In this document: one piece after another, positions 39,301 to 52,300 of the stretch | Numbering within the stretch: the stretch's first letter is position 1 | Layout: the number at the start of each line of letters is the position of its first letter | Source of the DNA: Callorhinchus milii | Taxonomy: Eukaryota | Assembly: GCF_018977255.1 (NCBI RefSeq) | Contig: NW_024704742.1 | Coordinates: forward strand, 57,228,001-57,292,000 | Length of the DNA: 64,000 bases | Reading direction: 5' to 3' | Program-made: the position numbers and the translations under genes | Notes under the pieces: model-generated | What the model was told of the DNA's origin: nothing | The model's database searches: none | Seen by the model: only the letters and a program-made list of their open reading frames with translations

Positions 39301-40294
39301 ATTTCACTTATTTGTTGCAAAAGAGTTAGTGACAATCTATTTGTAGACAAACACTGGTGCCAATTTACATTCTGCAATATCGCCCAAATATCCATGAAAT
39401 GGAGAATTGTTGGCCGCGACGTATTCCATTCTCATAGTTTCTTGTAATTAACATCCATCTGAACAGGCCAACGGGACCTTGGTGTAATATCTCATCCAAA
39501 TGGCTGCACCTCTCGTAATGCAGCTTGCCCCTATATCGCACTGAAATGTCTGTCTAGACTTTGAACTCAAAGGCCTGACACAGGGCTTGAAACAAAACCT
39601 TCCTATCCCCTAATACCTATTTCTCCTCTTGTTTGGTTTCTGTTCTCTTTCCATGACTTTTTCAAGAATATGGGAAATACTGTTATTAAATAAAGTTTAA
39701 TGATCATTTCTAGTGACCTTGTTATAATGTGGCTGTGCATCGGATATGTTGTACTCCTTACTTTGTTTTCTAATGGGTTGACCCTTATCATTTCAGAGCG
39801 GTGAGCGTGCTCGAAGAAGCGCTCTGCTTAACAGTGATGATTTACTAACTCGGTACTATGAGGACATAACAACACTATACGAAGTGCTAAAAAGAGGGTT
39901 GAGAGTATCTAGTAAGTATTGCTTAATATGGTATTCTTTGAATTATGGTAATGTTTTAAGTCCACGATTGCTTTAACACCTAATGAATTACAGAATTAAC
40001 ATGGAGTTTGCTTCTATTTTTAAAAACATCTAAACGTTTGGTGGTGGGTGGGAATGTGTAAGAAAATACAAGTTTTCTCATGCATTGTGAATCTCAAGCT
40101 TTGGAGGTGTGAAGAATGAAGATGAGTCATTTCTCGCAATGGAAAGTAGGAGAGCTTGATAGACAAATCATCAACTACAATTATATATTTTGTATAGTGC
40201 TTCTAACATTAAGAGGACATCTCACACAGCTGATTGGGAGTTGTGTGTTTGTGTGTGGGGGGAGGGGGGTGGTGTGGGGGCTGGAGTGGGTGTT

Positions 40295-40325
<31 letters not shown>

Positions 40326-43300
40326 GAGACTTGTTTCTATAAATAGCTTGTAACAGAACAGTTATTGAAGCCTTTGAGCAGATTGCCTGTCTGACAAAGG
40401 AAATCGAAACATGTAATAGAGATCTCTTTGTAGGAAGAAAGAGACGTCAGGCAAAAATGGAAGGAAGAAGGAAAACAGAAGTGGGGGAGAGACTGTTTTT
40501 CCCTCTCCTCTCTCTGTGCCACAGCTTACTTTCCCCTTTTACTCTGATGATATTGCCAGTACAAAGCATAGTAATGAGCACTAGCTGCCAAGGTTCTCAA
40601 CCTTGCCCAAAAATGCCCCGTTCCTAACCAAAATTGAAGAATTTTTAAAAGTTCTAAAATTGTTTCTTTTGAAAGAAGTGTATGATTGAACCTAATACTT
40701 TAATATAAGGTATATACAGTATTTATGTTTTTTGTAAAATCAAGTTGTCTAATTCAGGAACATTATAATGGCCTGTCAGTCCAAATCTGGAGTTTTAACA
40801 CTAAACTTGCATATAAAATAGCTTTCGGATAACAATATTGAATGAAGTTTTAAACTTCAACTTTAAATAACTGTATATTATACTAGCTAGCTTTTTCAGA
40901 TTCATTCTGCAATTGAAATCTTATATTTAATAACGAAGCATTTAGAATGACTTGAATTTTCTACACAAAGTGTTGATTGTTATTATTCCGATATTTAGGG
41001 AATGGGCCTTGTTTGGGTTCCAGAAAACCAAATCAGCCTTATGAATGGATGTCCTACACAGAAGTAAGATTTTCTTCTTCAAAAGTAGATTGGTATTCGG
41101 TGGTGGTGGGTGGGTAAGGAGGAGATTTAGTATGAATATATGGAACCCTTGATGTCAGTTCTGCTTTAGTTTGTCCTTTAGTGTTATGATGTTATCAAAT
41201 GCAAGGATTATTATAATGATGTTGGAAGATGTTTTTTGTATTTTTAACTTTTGCACAACTCATTGGATTTTTTTCCATCTCTACTGTGTATTTTTAAATT
41301 ACTGTTAAGATTCTTCTCCTCCCCACAACTTCTTCACTCTGAAATGTTCTTAAAGTTCCTTCCCAATAGTCAGTTAACATTGTTAAATTGACCATTTTAG
41401 TGCAAAATCCTGGCTTGTGCAGGCAGGAAGCAAGTGGGCTGCTGATTGTGCATATGGGCAATGAATGAGGTCCACAGTGAAGCTACTTTATAAGCAAAAT
41501 GAAGAAAATGTATAATTTGCTTGCATTTATAAGAAAATTTGTGCTATAGTTGAAGTACATTTATAACCAGACTGCATTATACTGTGCACATACTGGGTCA
41601 GTTTGTCTCATTGGTAGCTTTTTCATGGCTGAGTCAGAAGGTTGTTGGTTCAAGCCCCACGTTGGGACGTGGAATCACATAGTCTGAGCTGACACTCCAA
41701 TGCAGTGCTGGGGATGTGTTGCATTGTTGGAGGTGCCTTCCTTCGACTGAGACGTTAAACTGAGCTCTTGTCTGCCTGTCCAGGTGGACTTTAAAGATCC
41801 CATGGCACTATTTGAAAAGAGTAGGGAGTTTCTCCCGGCCAACAAATCCCCTAAATAAAATTGGCCACTCACTCCGGGGGTGTTTATGGAACTTGTGTTG
41901 TGCGCAAACTGGGTGTTTCACCCAGCAAATACAGTCAATACACTTTATAGTTTATGCTGTGAAGCACTTTGAGATGTCTCAATGACAAGATAAGGTGCTA
42001 TATCAAATGCAAGATTATTATGAAGATTATTTATTACTTTAATATAAGGTAGTTGGATTTGCATTATTTTTGTCTTTCAGGTCTCAGACAAGGCAGAATT
42101 TCTGGGGTCAGGTTTAATTAATCAAGGATGCAAAGCAACAAATGATCAATTTATAGGAATCTTTGCACAAAATAGACCAGAGGTGAGTTTTCTAGGTGAA
42201 ACTGATGCAGCATAAAGTTTTTTCCTACCCACCAAGAAATATTTTGCCAGGAATTTAAATTGATGTAAAACAATTTGTAACATGCGACCTTCACTATCAT
42301 TTAACTTGTATTCTAGCATTCTTAAATGTACCTTTACTTGGTTATTATGGANTTTTTTTGGTCGGCCGTGTCTGGCATCGACTTGCTTAAGAGTATCCAA
42401 GCCAAGCTGAGTTCCATGCATTCCACCTACACGTGGAGATCCCAGAGATATTTGTTGGGATGGAATGTGTACTCTCTCCCTGGAGGGACACATCTTCTTA
42501 CCTAATTCTGGAAAGTATTAGGTGCAGGTTGGCAAGAGCCAAGGCTTGGGAACCGCAGAGTGTGTGTTGGGGTACTGGAGTCCAACCAGCTAACACTGCA
42601 TAGCTTGCCATTGAGAGCACTGCCTGGCAAGCTTTCCAGCTGCTTGTCCAGCTAGGACCACCCTGCCCCTTAGGGCTTTCGTTTGCAGGGTTAGCAGGAG
42701 CTGAGTAGATAGAGTCTCTGCCCCCGTTGACTGGTTTGTCTGTCCAAACTCTCATCTGTGGTGAATGCTAATTAGCTACAAAGCCAGGGCAGCAGTGATC
42801 GTTGTTCTTGATATCACTGTGCTAGGGAGAGGAAATGCATGTGTATTAATTGGTACATACCCGCAGTTTAAGAAGCCAACGGAAAAGGAGGGAATCTCTT
42901 CAAAATCTTTGCTGTTGAATTCTGTTGACTCTCTCCACAGTTTAACATTAACATTTCATTCAAATGTAGATTCAATCATACAAGTGTCAACACATAAACA
43001 TTATTTTATCTCTCTTTAGTGGGTTATTGTTGAACAAGCCTGCTATGCCTACTCCATGGTGGTTGTGCCTCTTTATGACACATTAGGGTCTGAAGCTATT
43101 TCCTTCATCTTAAAACAAGGTAGGTCTGCTATCAACGAGGTAACTTTTTTTTTAGGGGTGGCGGGGGATTGTGAGTGAGGGGTCCTCATTCTTTCTGGCA
43201 ATTTCAAGTTTTGCCTTCTTCAGACGATAAGGTAAAGGCTCTTTCAATGTCCTGTATCTAAAATCAGGACTGGTTCTGTCAGCGATTATAAATGTATATG

Positions 43301-46300
43301 TTGGGACTGAAATAGCTATTTTAATGAAACTTTGGATTGATGTCAAATGAGAAATTAACCTGATATCTATCCCCTTTCTCTTAGCGGAGATTGCTTTTGT
43401 GTTCTGTGATACGTCGATCAAGGCACATAGTTTACTGGCAGGTGTGGAAAGGGGGCAAACCCCACTCCTAAAGGTGATCATTGTGATGGATCCTATTGGG
43501 AATGATCTTCAAGAGCGAGGAAGGAATTGTGGAGTGAAAATTGTTCATTTTAAGGAAGTAGAGGTGAGGTGTTAAAGAATATCATATCGTGCAATATCCT
43601 ATCAGTAAGCCAGCAGTGCATTTGGAATACTAGGGACCCGCTCATTTTGGGAACCAGACAACTGATGCAGGTTTAGAGGCTCTATTTTGATATTCGTTTG
43701 TGAAGCAAGTCACCGTAGAGGCAGCTCTGCTCCAAGGAGATTCATCTTATCTCCGCCTTCACCTCTCTCCCCACCACCCCTGCCCCTGCCTCATGATATA
43801 CATAATGCATAATAAAGCTTACATGTGGAGTGTAATTGATCCTAGCTTTGCTGATGTGCTACTACAGAACCAATAGTCCAGTACATAATAAACTGTCTCT
43901 TGGGTATAACTTGTAAACTAGTGTGTAATAGTTGTTGTGGTGTTATACTCTGTACATGCAAACAAAATAGTGCATTTATCTTTCATTTATTTTCCTTCTA
44001 GGATGAAGGAAGGGAGCAGAGACGACCTGTAGTAGTAAGTATCTCAGTTTCTTTGCTTCTTATTAAAATGAAGATATGATACTCCAAGTTTGTTGGAGCA
44101 CGGGAATGCCCTAATTAAATCTGTGGGTGAAGCAGAATCTAATAGTTCTTAAAAGGAAGTTAGACAGATGTTTGCAAAAACAAAATGGGCGTGTGGGAAA
44201 TTAATAAATGGGATGCCCCTTTCGCTGTGCTGAATGGTGTCCTGTGCTGTATAACTGTAATGATTCTGTATTGAATTTAAAACTGAAAACTGCACCATCT
44301 TGTCTCATGGGAGGGACATCGCCAGGGGTCCTGACTGCCCAGATCATGCCATATTCCTTATGACAGTTTATTACGGACCACAGAATGTTACAGGAGAGAA
44401 AAAGGTCATTTGGACCATCGTGTTTGCACTAGTATTTTATTCTGCATGAGCCACCAATCAAATCCCACTCTCTTGCTGATCTCTAAACCTTCTGAAAGGC
44501 TTTTTATTGAGCATCTATCTAATTGCCATTAAAGCTTCATGGCTGCTTGTAGGACACTGCTGTGTACAAATTGCTCGCTGGATTTGCCTACAACCACAAT
44601 TACTGTACTACAGTTTGAAGTAAATCCTGTGAAGTGTTTGGAACATTTTGACGATGTGATGTGGAGCTATATCGAATGCAATGTTTATCGTCATTATGAT
44701 TATTAATTTATGGTACTCAGGAACGATTTGTGGCAGAGAATTCAACATTCTGGTTATGCTTTGTGTTAATTTTTTTAGAAAGGCCTAGAAAGATAACAAG
44801 ATATCTTTTGATACAATAAAAATTGAGGGCAGCTTCTTTTCGATGTTCCCTGCTATATAGACACACACAATTTAAACCACATCTAGTTTTTGTTTCTCAC
44901 TTTGAACTAATTAATTCCTATCAATCTGTTCTACATATCTCAACAAAAAAAAGTTTGGCCTTAGGTTTATGCACTAATGAAATTGCACTCACCTTGTCTA
45001 GATAATAGCTTGATCTTGTTCTCCATCTTTTTCAGCCGCCAAAGCCTAGTGATTTAGCTGTTGTTTGTTTCACTAGTGGGACAACAGGTAAATAAACCTC
45101 CAGGACTTTTATGAGCACTGTTTACAGTAGCTTGCTCTGAAATTTCAGAACTTGTTTTGTTGTGTTAATTTATGCTTCTGTTGCATACCCCAATGTTAAT
45201 TTGGCAACTTCTATTACCGTTAAAAGTATATATTTCATATTAAAGCCTTGAACCAACTGTCTGTGTTTCAAAACATTATTTTGCTTATATTCGACTAAAA
45301 TGAGTTTGACTGAAAATCTTAGAAAATATCCTGTTTGTGGTTTGTAGATGATTGTCAGATAATTATAAGCAGATAAGCATAATAGCATAATGCTGCTTTT
45401 TTTTACTTTGACAGATGATATATTCTTATGCTGAATAATTGTAATTGCATTAATAAACCTTGATTGCTTTTACAGGAAATCCCAAAGGGGCAATGCTGAC
45501 TCATGGGAATATCGTGTCTAATCTTTCAGCATTTTTAAAAGTTACAGAGGTAAAAGCCAGCGGCTGCCTTCCATGATGTGGTGGTTTTCCAAAAGGGTTA
45601 ACTAAATATGTATTGGCGAAAACCCAATGTGCTTGTTGAATAGCCAAGGCCCATAGTATATGGTCCCAGGATTGAAAGAGCAGCAGAGAAAATCAGTTCA
45701 ATTAAGATAGTTGGTTCAAGTCGAGCTTGTGAAAATGATTGTATAAGAAATGCAAGGCAGAATGAAGTAAGAGCTTCACTCTTGAGGTCCTGAGAGTGAG
45801 TTAGAACAGGAAGATATTCAGGAGGACCTGTTTGAAGCTTGTGAGGAACACAAGCAGTGAAAATTACTGGCAACACAAAGTATTAGTTAAAATCCAATAA
45901 TAAAGGAAAATTTACAAGGCTGAAGAGGGAGAGGATAGAGTGCTAGAGATGAAGGAACAGTCAATTATTTTGTTTAGAAATGCAAGATGAATGCTCAGAG
46001 CACTCCAGATGTAGGAGCATTTTGGAACTCGGGCATTATAATTACAAATTGTTGAGAGAAAATGAAATGGTGTTAGGGAGGGAACCAAAGCTTTTTGTAG
46101 TGGAGGTTACCAGAAAAGAATATTTATTGATTGAGCAAAGGGCAAGTTGTAGGTTGTTTGAGAAGTACAAGAGATTGAAATTGAATGAGTCAGATATTTT
46201 TAAGCGCAGGAAGTCTGGTCTGGTGATTAAGTGAGCAGAGTAACTGAGACAGCAAAATGAACATAAGCAATAATAATCTTTGGAGTGAGAGTAAACAGGA

Positions 46301-49300
46301 AATTGTGACGTGGTGAAATCTGAGGATCAGCAGATCAGTACAACTTGCAGCAAGTGACCTGATGACCCAGAAGTTGGCTACTTTTTAGCGTGTCACGTGT
46401 ATCATAATTCTGGATGGTTTAGTAGACCTATAAGAAAAATAGTGCATTGCCCTGGAGTGAGTGTGGGGTGGTGGGAGGGTGGGGGGTGCAGAATGCTATG
46501 ACGGGTTTCCTCTATATGTCTTGTTTTGAACATCTCTGCTCATATATCTGACAAAATAAATGTGGTAGCCAAGATCAGTATGGCTATAATTGGTGTTCTG
46601 TATTACTGCTGCTAATGGAATGCAATGCTCCCAAAAATAATAATCAAATTTAAATAGAGTATTTTCCATAAGCTTATAGCTTTATGGATTTTTTAAAATA
46701 CTAATTGTAGCTTTATTATTAAAATACATAATGAAATTTGCTGTAAACTACTTGATGGAAGCATCATTAAAATTGGTTTTGAGCACTTACTGAACATTTT
46801 AATAATGTGCAGATGTGAGGGATAACCTTAACTATTGTAAATCTTTCTCTTCATTGATGGTGATTTAAAAAATTACGTTGAATTCTGCTAATTTAAAAAG
46901 AACTTTGAATTTTGTAATTGTGCTTGTGAATAATCAGCATGTTGTAATTGTGCAAATTGTGCCTTGAAGGTTGTGATTATTGTATAATTTCTTTTAATTT
47001 TGTGCATCTTTCCATCTTTCTTCCTCTAATCATGCAGAAAGTGGGCGTCCCAACTCCAGCTGATTCTTTAATTTCTTTCTTACCCCTGGGTCATATGTTT
47101 GAAAGAATAGTTGAGGTAGGTGTCATAGTTGGCCTGAGATGTGCATTGTGTTTTTACAGGGCCATTGGGTTCCATTGTCCACTGACATACACCTTTCCTT
47201 TTTACCACTTGCACACATGTTTGAAAGATTGGTGGAGGTAAGGTGCAGAATGTTTAGAATAAGGTATATTGGAATTGACCATTCTCCTGCTCATAATTGA
47301 TAAGATAACCATTGTATAATTCATATAATTTTTTTCTGAACTCGCAGTGACCTAGGTTCAGGGGCATAACATGAAGAATATAGCTTAGTAAAATTATACA
47401 ATTCATAATTCCCTGTTTGGGTGCAGTCAGTTCACTACTTAATGCAAAATCAGGAAACCATAACTATTTGATCGTTTTACAGATACAGAGTACAGTATAA
47501 TCATTGGCGGATTATTGTATGAACATCTTGACACAAAATTATAATCCTGAAAAGTTATGAATAGTTGGTTAATGGGACTTGTAGATTTCATTCTACACAT
47601 TTCTATATCGCATCCAGAGAAATTTTGTGCCAAAAGGTTTCAAAACACTTTAACCCGTTTTTAGATAAAGATCTAATTGCTTTAAGTGTTATCCTCTCAA
47701 CGTGAAAGGCACTGTATGAGTGTAAATTGTACTGTAAGATTTGAGTAGGATGGAAGTCTCTCGCAATGAGCCAATTTCTTTTTTATGTTACCTGAAAAAT
47801 ATTGTTGTGCTCTTTAATAATCCCAATATTTGATGCAGCATCAATGGCGTCAATGTCTCCAATCCTTCACAGAATTGCTGTAACGTCTGTGTAATTGTAG
47901 ATGAAATTGCCAGCTAATTTGCATGCAGTAAAGCTCCACAAGCTGGATTATCAAGAATTTTTGGCCAGGATACCTGGGAAAAATTCCCTTCTATTTTTGA
48001 ATTGTGTGTGAGATCTTTAATATCCATCTGAATAGGCTCCCAAGACTTTGGTTTAATATCTCATTCAAAGGACAGCATCTCAATCATTGCATTGTCTTAT
48101 TTTGTGAATCTAATGTACAATGTAGAATATGTAGTGCACTTATTATATGAATTGAATGTTTTGTTTTGATAGATAGACCTTTTTAAAAAATTATAAATAT
48201 TACAATTGATTAAGCTAAAGAGTAAACATTGACATTTGTACCAAATTACAATATGTGGCGATGTTAAAATTGAATTACAAAGAACAGTTTGGAGAGAGAA
48301 ATGAGTAATCCATTGAAGTAAAGGGGCTTTGAACGATGGAGTTGAAATGCACTTTGGAGCAGGGTAAGAGTTGTATATAATACACATACAAATAGGATCT
48401 TGCTCAGAAGGGGGACAGGGCAGGAGGGCAATTTGAGGGAAAACTTGCCACCTAATTACATTGTTACCAAATAAATTTGCCCTTTACGATATGTAAAGTC
48501 CTCCTTTTGTATCAAATCTTTATATTTGTTGACTTGAATTATGTCAGTTGATTTCTCACGTCTCCCAAATAAAAAAAAGGCTATTCCTTACTGGTGGTTC
48601 AACTTAAAAAAAAAAAAAAAAAAAATCCAGTCTCTTCTTAGATCTTTAGTGGGTACCATGTAGTTGAGTTTTGATTTTGAGGTGAGAAAGTATTTCAGTT
48701 CCGCGTTGCTTGGAAAGATGCTCCTCGTGATTAGTTCTCACTTTTGGTGGGTGTAAATGACTGGTTATTTGAGATTTACTTGATTTCATGAAATATTTGC
48801 AAAGCTTAACATTTTGAAAATAAGGCACTGATTGATGTTAATGAGAGCAATTTGTCTTTGGTATGTTTTTTTCTAACTTGTGGCCTCAATACAAAATATC
48901 ACACTAAATTACATTTGTAAAGCACCTTTCGTTTTGGGAGTGCATCCCAAAGCACTGAACAGTCAGGGATTACGACCCGAGCGGGTGTGGGAGTTTGGGG
49001 GTTTGGGGATCAGGGAGGGTGGAGGATTGTTCAATGCTGAACAACAAAAGAATCTGAATTAAATATTCAGGTTACAACAAACTTAATAGCTTATTGTAGA
49101 GTTGCAGAGTTTGTATGTATTTTCTGGTTGACGTTTCAGGCTGTGGTTCTCTGTCATGGGGCACGGATCGGATTCTTTCAGGGAGATATCAGACTGCTTA
49201 TGGATGACCTAAAAGCATTAAAACCAACTGTCTTGCCTGTAGTTCCCCGGCTACTCAATAGGATGTTTGATAAGGTGAGTCAGAATTGTTTGTGGAATTT

Positions 49301-52300
49301 GGTTTATGAATTAATTTTTTAAAATCAAACTTATTTATTGAAATGAATGTTTCTTTTATTTAATTGGAACAATTGCATTTTATTTGTTCAACTTTTGTGT
49401 ACATAGGATATAGGCTGTCCGATTTTTTTCCGGTGAGGGAGGAGGAATTTAGGGCAAAGGAAAGGATGTTGATGCATTTTTCTCTTGTTTTTGATTGTTT
49501 TGTTCTGCTATCAGCAAGTCTTTGCTTTCACAGCATCACTAATAACAACTTGGTTTTTAGATAGCAATCTTCATGTAGAATAACATCACAGAGCACTCCA
49601 ACAAAAGTTTGATCTTTTTCTCTCTCATAAACTGTTTTAAACCCTTCTCTATATTATCTGGGGACAATAGAGGGGTTTATTGTACATTTTAAGTTGCAAA
49701 GTTCTTTTCTGCTTTTCATCAACATTATTTTTAGTTGTAGACCCCTAAGGCTCATCTTGATGACACTGATTCCATTCAACACCTTCCACTGTAGCATGTT
49801 GGGTCCCAGATATAAAAAATATTTTGAATGCTATTCCATTCCAAAGACATTTCTCTTTCTTTGGTCTTTCATTTCATAGAACCTGTTCTTAACTTGGCTA
49901 AAGGCCTCAGTGGTGCCAACCAATTTCTTGGAAGGCAATCCTGCCTACCAGAAAGTCAAAGCCCAAAACATCCTGATCATGTCACAAATTCAAGGGATAT
50001 GAGGACTTGCTGAAGACACTTCATCTGATTAATGGTAGAATCATGGATGAGCTGCTTCTTTTGTGCAGACAACATTCAGTTCATTTCTAATCTGGTTTGT
50101 AAAGTGAAAGGCACTGTTTAAACGCAAGTTGTTCTTTACTTGCCGTCTTTCAATTCCTTCTACCCCTAGAAATGTCTAATATCTGGTCATAACCGTGCTG
50201 GAATTTATTTATTTATTTATTTAACCGTGTGTTGGGAATTTATTTTTCAGGTGCACAACCAGGCTAACGGCCTTATAAAACGGCAGGTGTTAGAATTTGC
50301 AGCTTGGAGGAAAGAAGCACAACTTCAAAATGGGATAGTGTGTCGTGACACTATATGGGACAAGTTAGTCTTCCATAAAGTACAGGTATGCAATTTGTCC
50401 AGTGAATGATTAACATTAAACTCTATTAATAATGTAAATCTGTATTCCCTGTACAAAGAACAGTATTTTATTAAGACGTCTTTTTAATCCATTTGATTTC
50501 GTCACCATCTCACTCGCTCATCATCCAGCAGCTCTGACTCTGTTTTATTAAAAACCTGTGTTTTTTAAAAAAAGAAACTATGTTGAATTAATCTTTGTGA
50601 CTTGAAGCCTATTTTTGTTTGAAATGCAATTTCTGCCTGTAGGACAATCTTGGTGGTCGGGTAAAATTGATGGTGACTGGAGCTGCTCCTGTGTCTGAAA
50701 CTGTACTTACTTTTCTCCGGGCAGCCATTGGTTGCCAGGTAAGTTCAAGTTTTGTTTTTATTTCTCCAAGAGGTACAAAGACTGGCAAGCTTATACAGGT
50801 TTCTGGGACAAGTGGATCAAATCAATGAACGAAATGACTAGTATAGTTATACAGGGCAACACTGTAATAATGCCTTCGACTGAGTCCAGTATCTCAGTGA
50901 CCACGTCATCAAAAAAAAAAATGGCCTGGCCTGGCCCACTTGTGGGATTGGCTTAGTTGTCTTAATGGAAGTCTTTTAAAGAGGAATAATATTCAGGGGA
51001 GAAACAAGACTAAAACAGACCCATTCCATGGCTATAAAATTTCTCCTCGAAATCCCAAACGGTACAACTCGATTAGAATGCAGTTTTTCGGGAGTCTGTA
51101 TTTTTAACTGGGTGCAATTGAGAGCGGCTGCTGGTCAGAGCTTCAGCATTACGACATCACTGATCGCTTAACTGGTGATATCTGTACATACTAGTCAGCA
51201 ATCCACAGGCATCGTGCTTCGAATCCTGTTTTGTGCCGATGTGTCTTGCAGCGTGATGAGAGGATTTCAAGAACGATGACGCAGTTTGAAATGTCAATGG
51301 CTGGTTTGGATGGTGCCCTGTCAGGATTTGGGATTTTTAGATATGAAAATGTCAGGGTCCACAACCCTATTGTGTTATAAGTGAACCCGTGTTACATGAA
51401 CCATATTATAAATGGGTTCTACAATATCAAAATATTTATACTGTATTCTAAGGCTAAAGTGACTGACTGCGCAAAAAGCAGCCTCCTGAAGATGTACAAA
51501 ACTGAACATCTCTAAAACGACATACCTTGGTTTATTCTATTCTTTGTCTTTCTTCCCCCTTCTCTTTACCCACCCACACACACACACACACACAGACTTC
51601 CCACATGAAAATGGTGATTTTGGTAACCCAATCCATTGAGACCGGTAACCATGTTGAAAAGAGATTCTGTTCTAACTTTTAGTTGCAGTATTTACTTTTT
51701 CAAACTTAAAATTAACTTTTTAACCCCAAATAATTGAAAAGTAGCCTTTTCTTTGTGTGTCATTTGTAGATGTTAATGAAGAATGAGAGCTATGAACCAT
51801 TTGTGGAACTTACTTGCTCAGCAATAATGCATATTCCATCACCTTTTCCTTTGAACCACCACGCCAATAAAAACATTGTCACTTGCTGCCTAGCACTCCT
51901 AGATCTTTGTGCATTAAATATCCAACTGTGAAACGTGTGGTCAACCTACCTAAAGGAGTGTAATATTGCATATGCTTTTGATACTTTTGCAGTTTTATGA
52001 GGGCTATGGACAAACTGAATGCACAGCAGGTTGTACAATGAGCATCCCCGGCGACTGGACAGCAGGTATAAGCATAAGATGGAGTTATATAAATTGTATT
52101 TTTTTTAATATAGTGAAAAGCAAATTTTTGTTTTGTTTCTAGACTTTGAAGCAAACTTATTAAATTTAGTGAAAATTAAGTTGATTACATAATTCATTAT
52201 TGACTAGCTGACAGTTAAATTATTTTGCTTTATGAACTCATTTACTTATAGCATCAAATTGATGTATAGCTTCATATCAGCAATGCATAGTCTAACTGCA

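Noticed and set aside
42352..42352. Single N base
   Set aside because: Assembly ambiguity next to a T-run in an intron; flanking exons join correctly, so there is no sign of missing coding sequence.
45700..46330. Purine-rich stretch as a possible antisense LINE relic
   Set aside because: No recognisable protein motif in any frame; cannot be supported without a profile search.
45550..49139. A third (Tyr-type) gate exon
   Set aside because: I scanned both flanking introns by eye for S-Y-L-P-L-A-H coding sequence and found none. A tBLASTn search would confirm this.
51055..51425. Possible Tigger/pogo-like DNA element (CpG-richer segment with TIR-like ends)
   Set aside because: The putative terminal repeats are too degenerate and no TSD is identifiable.
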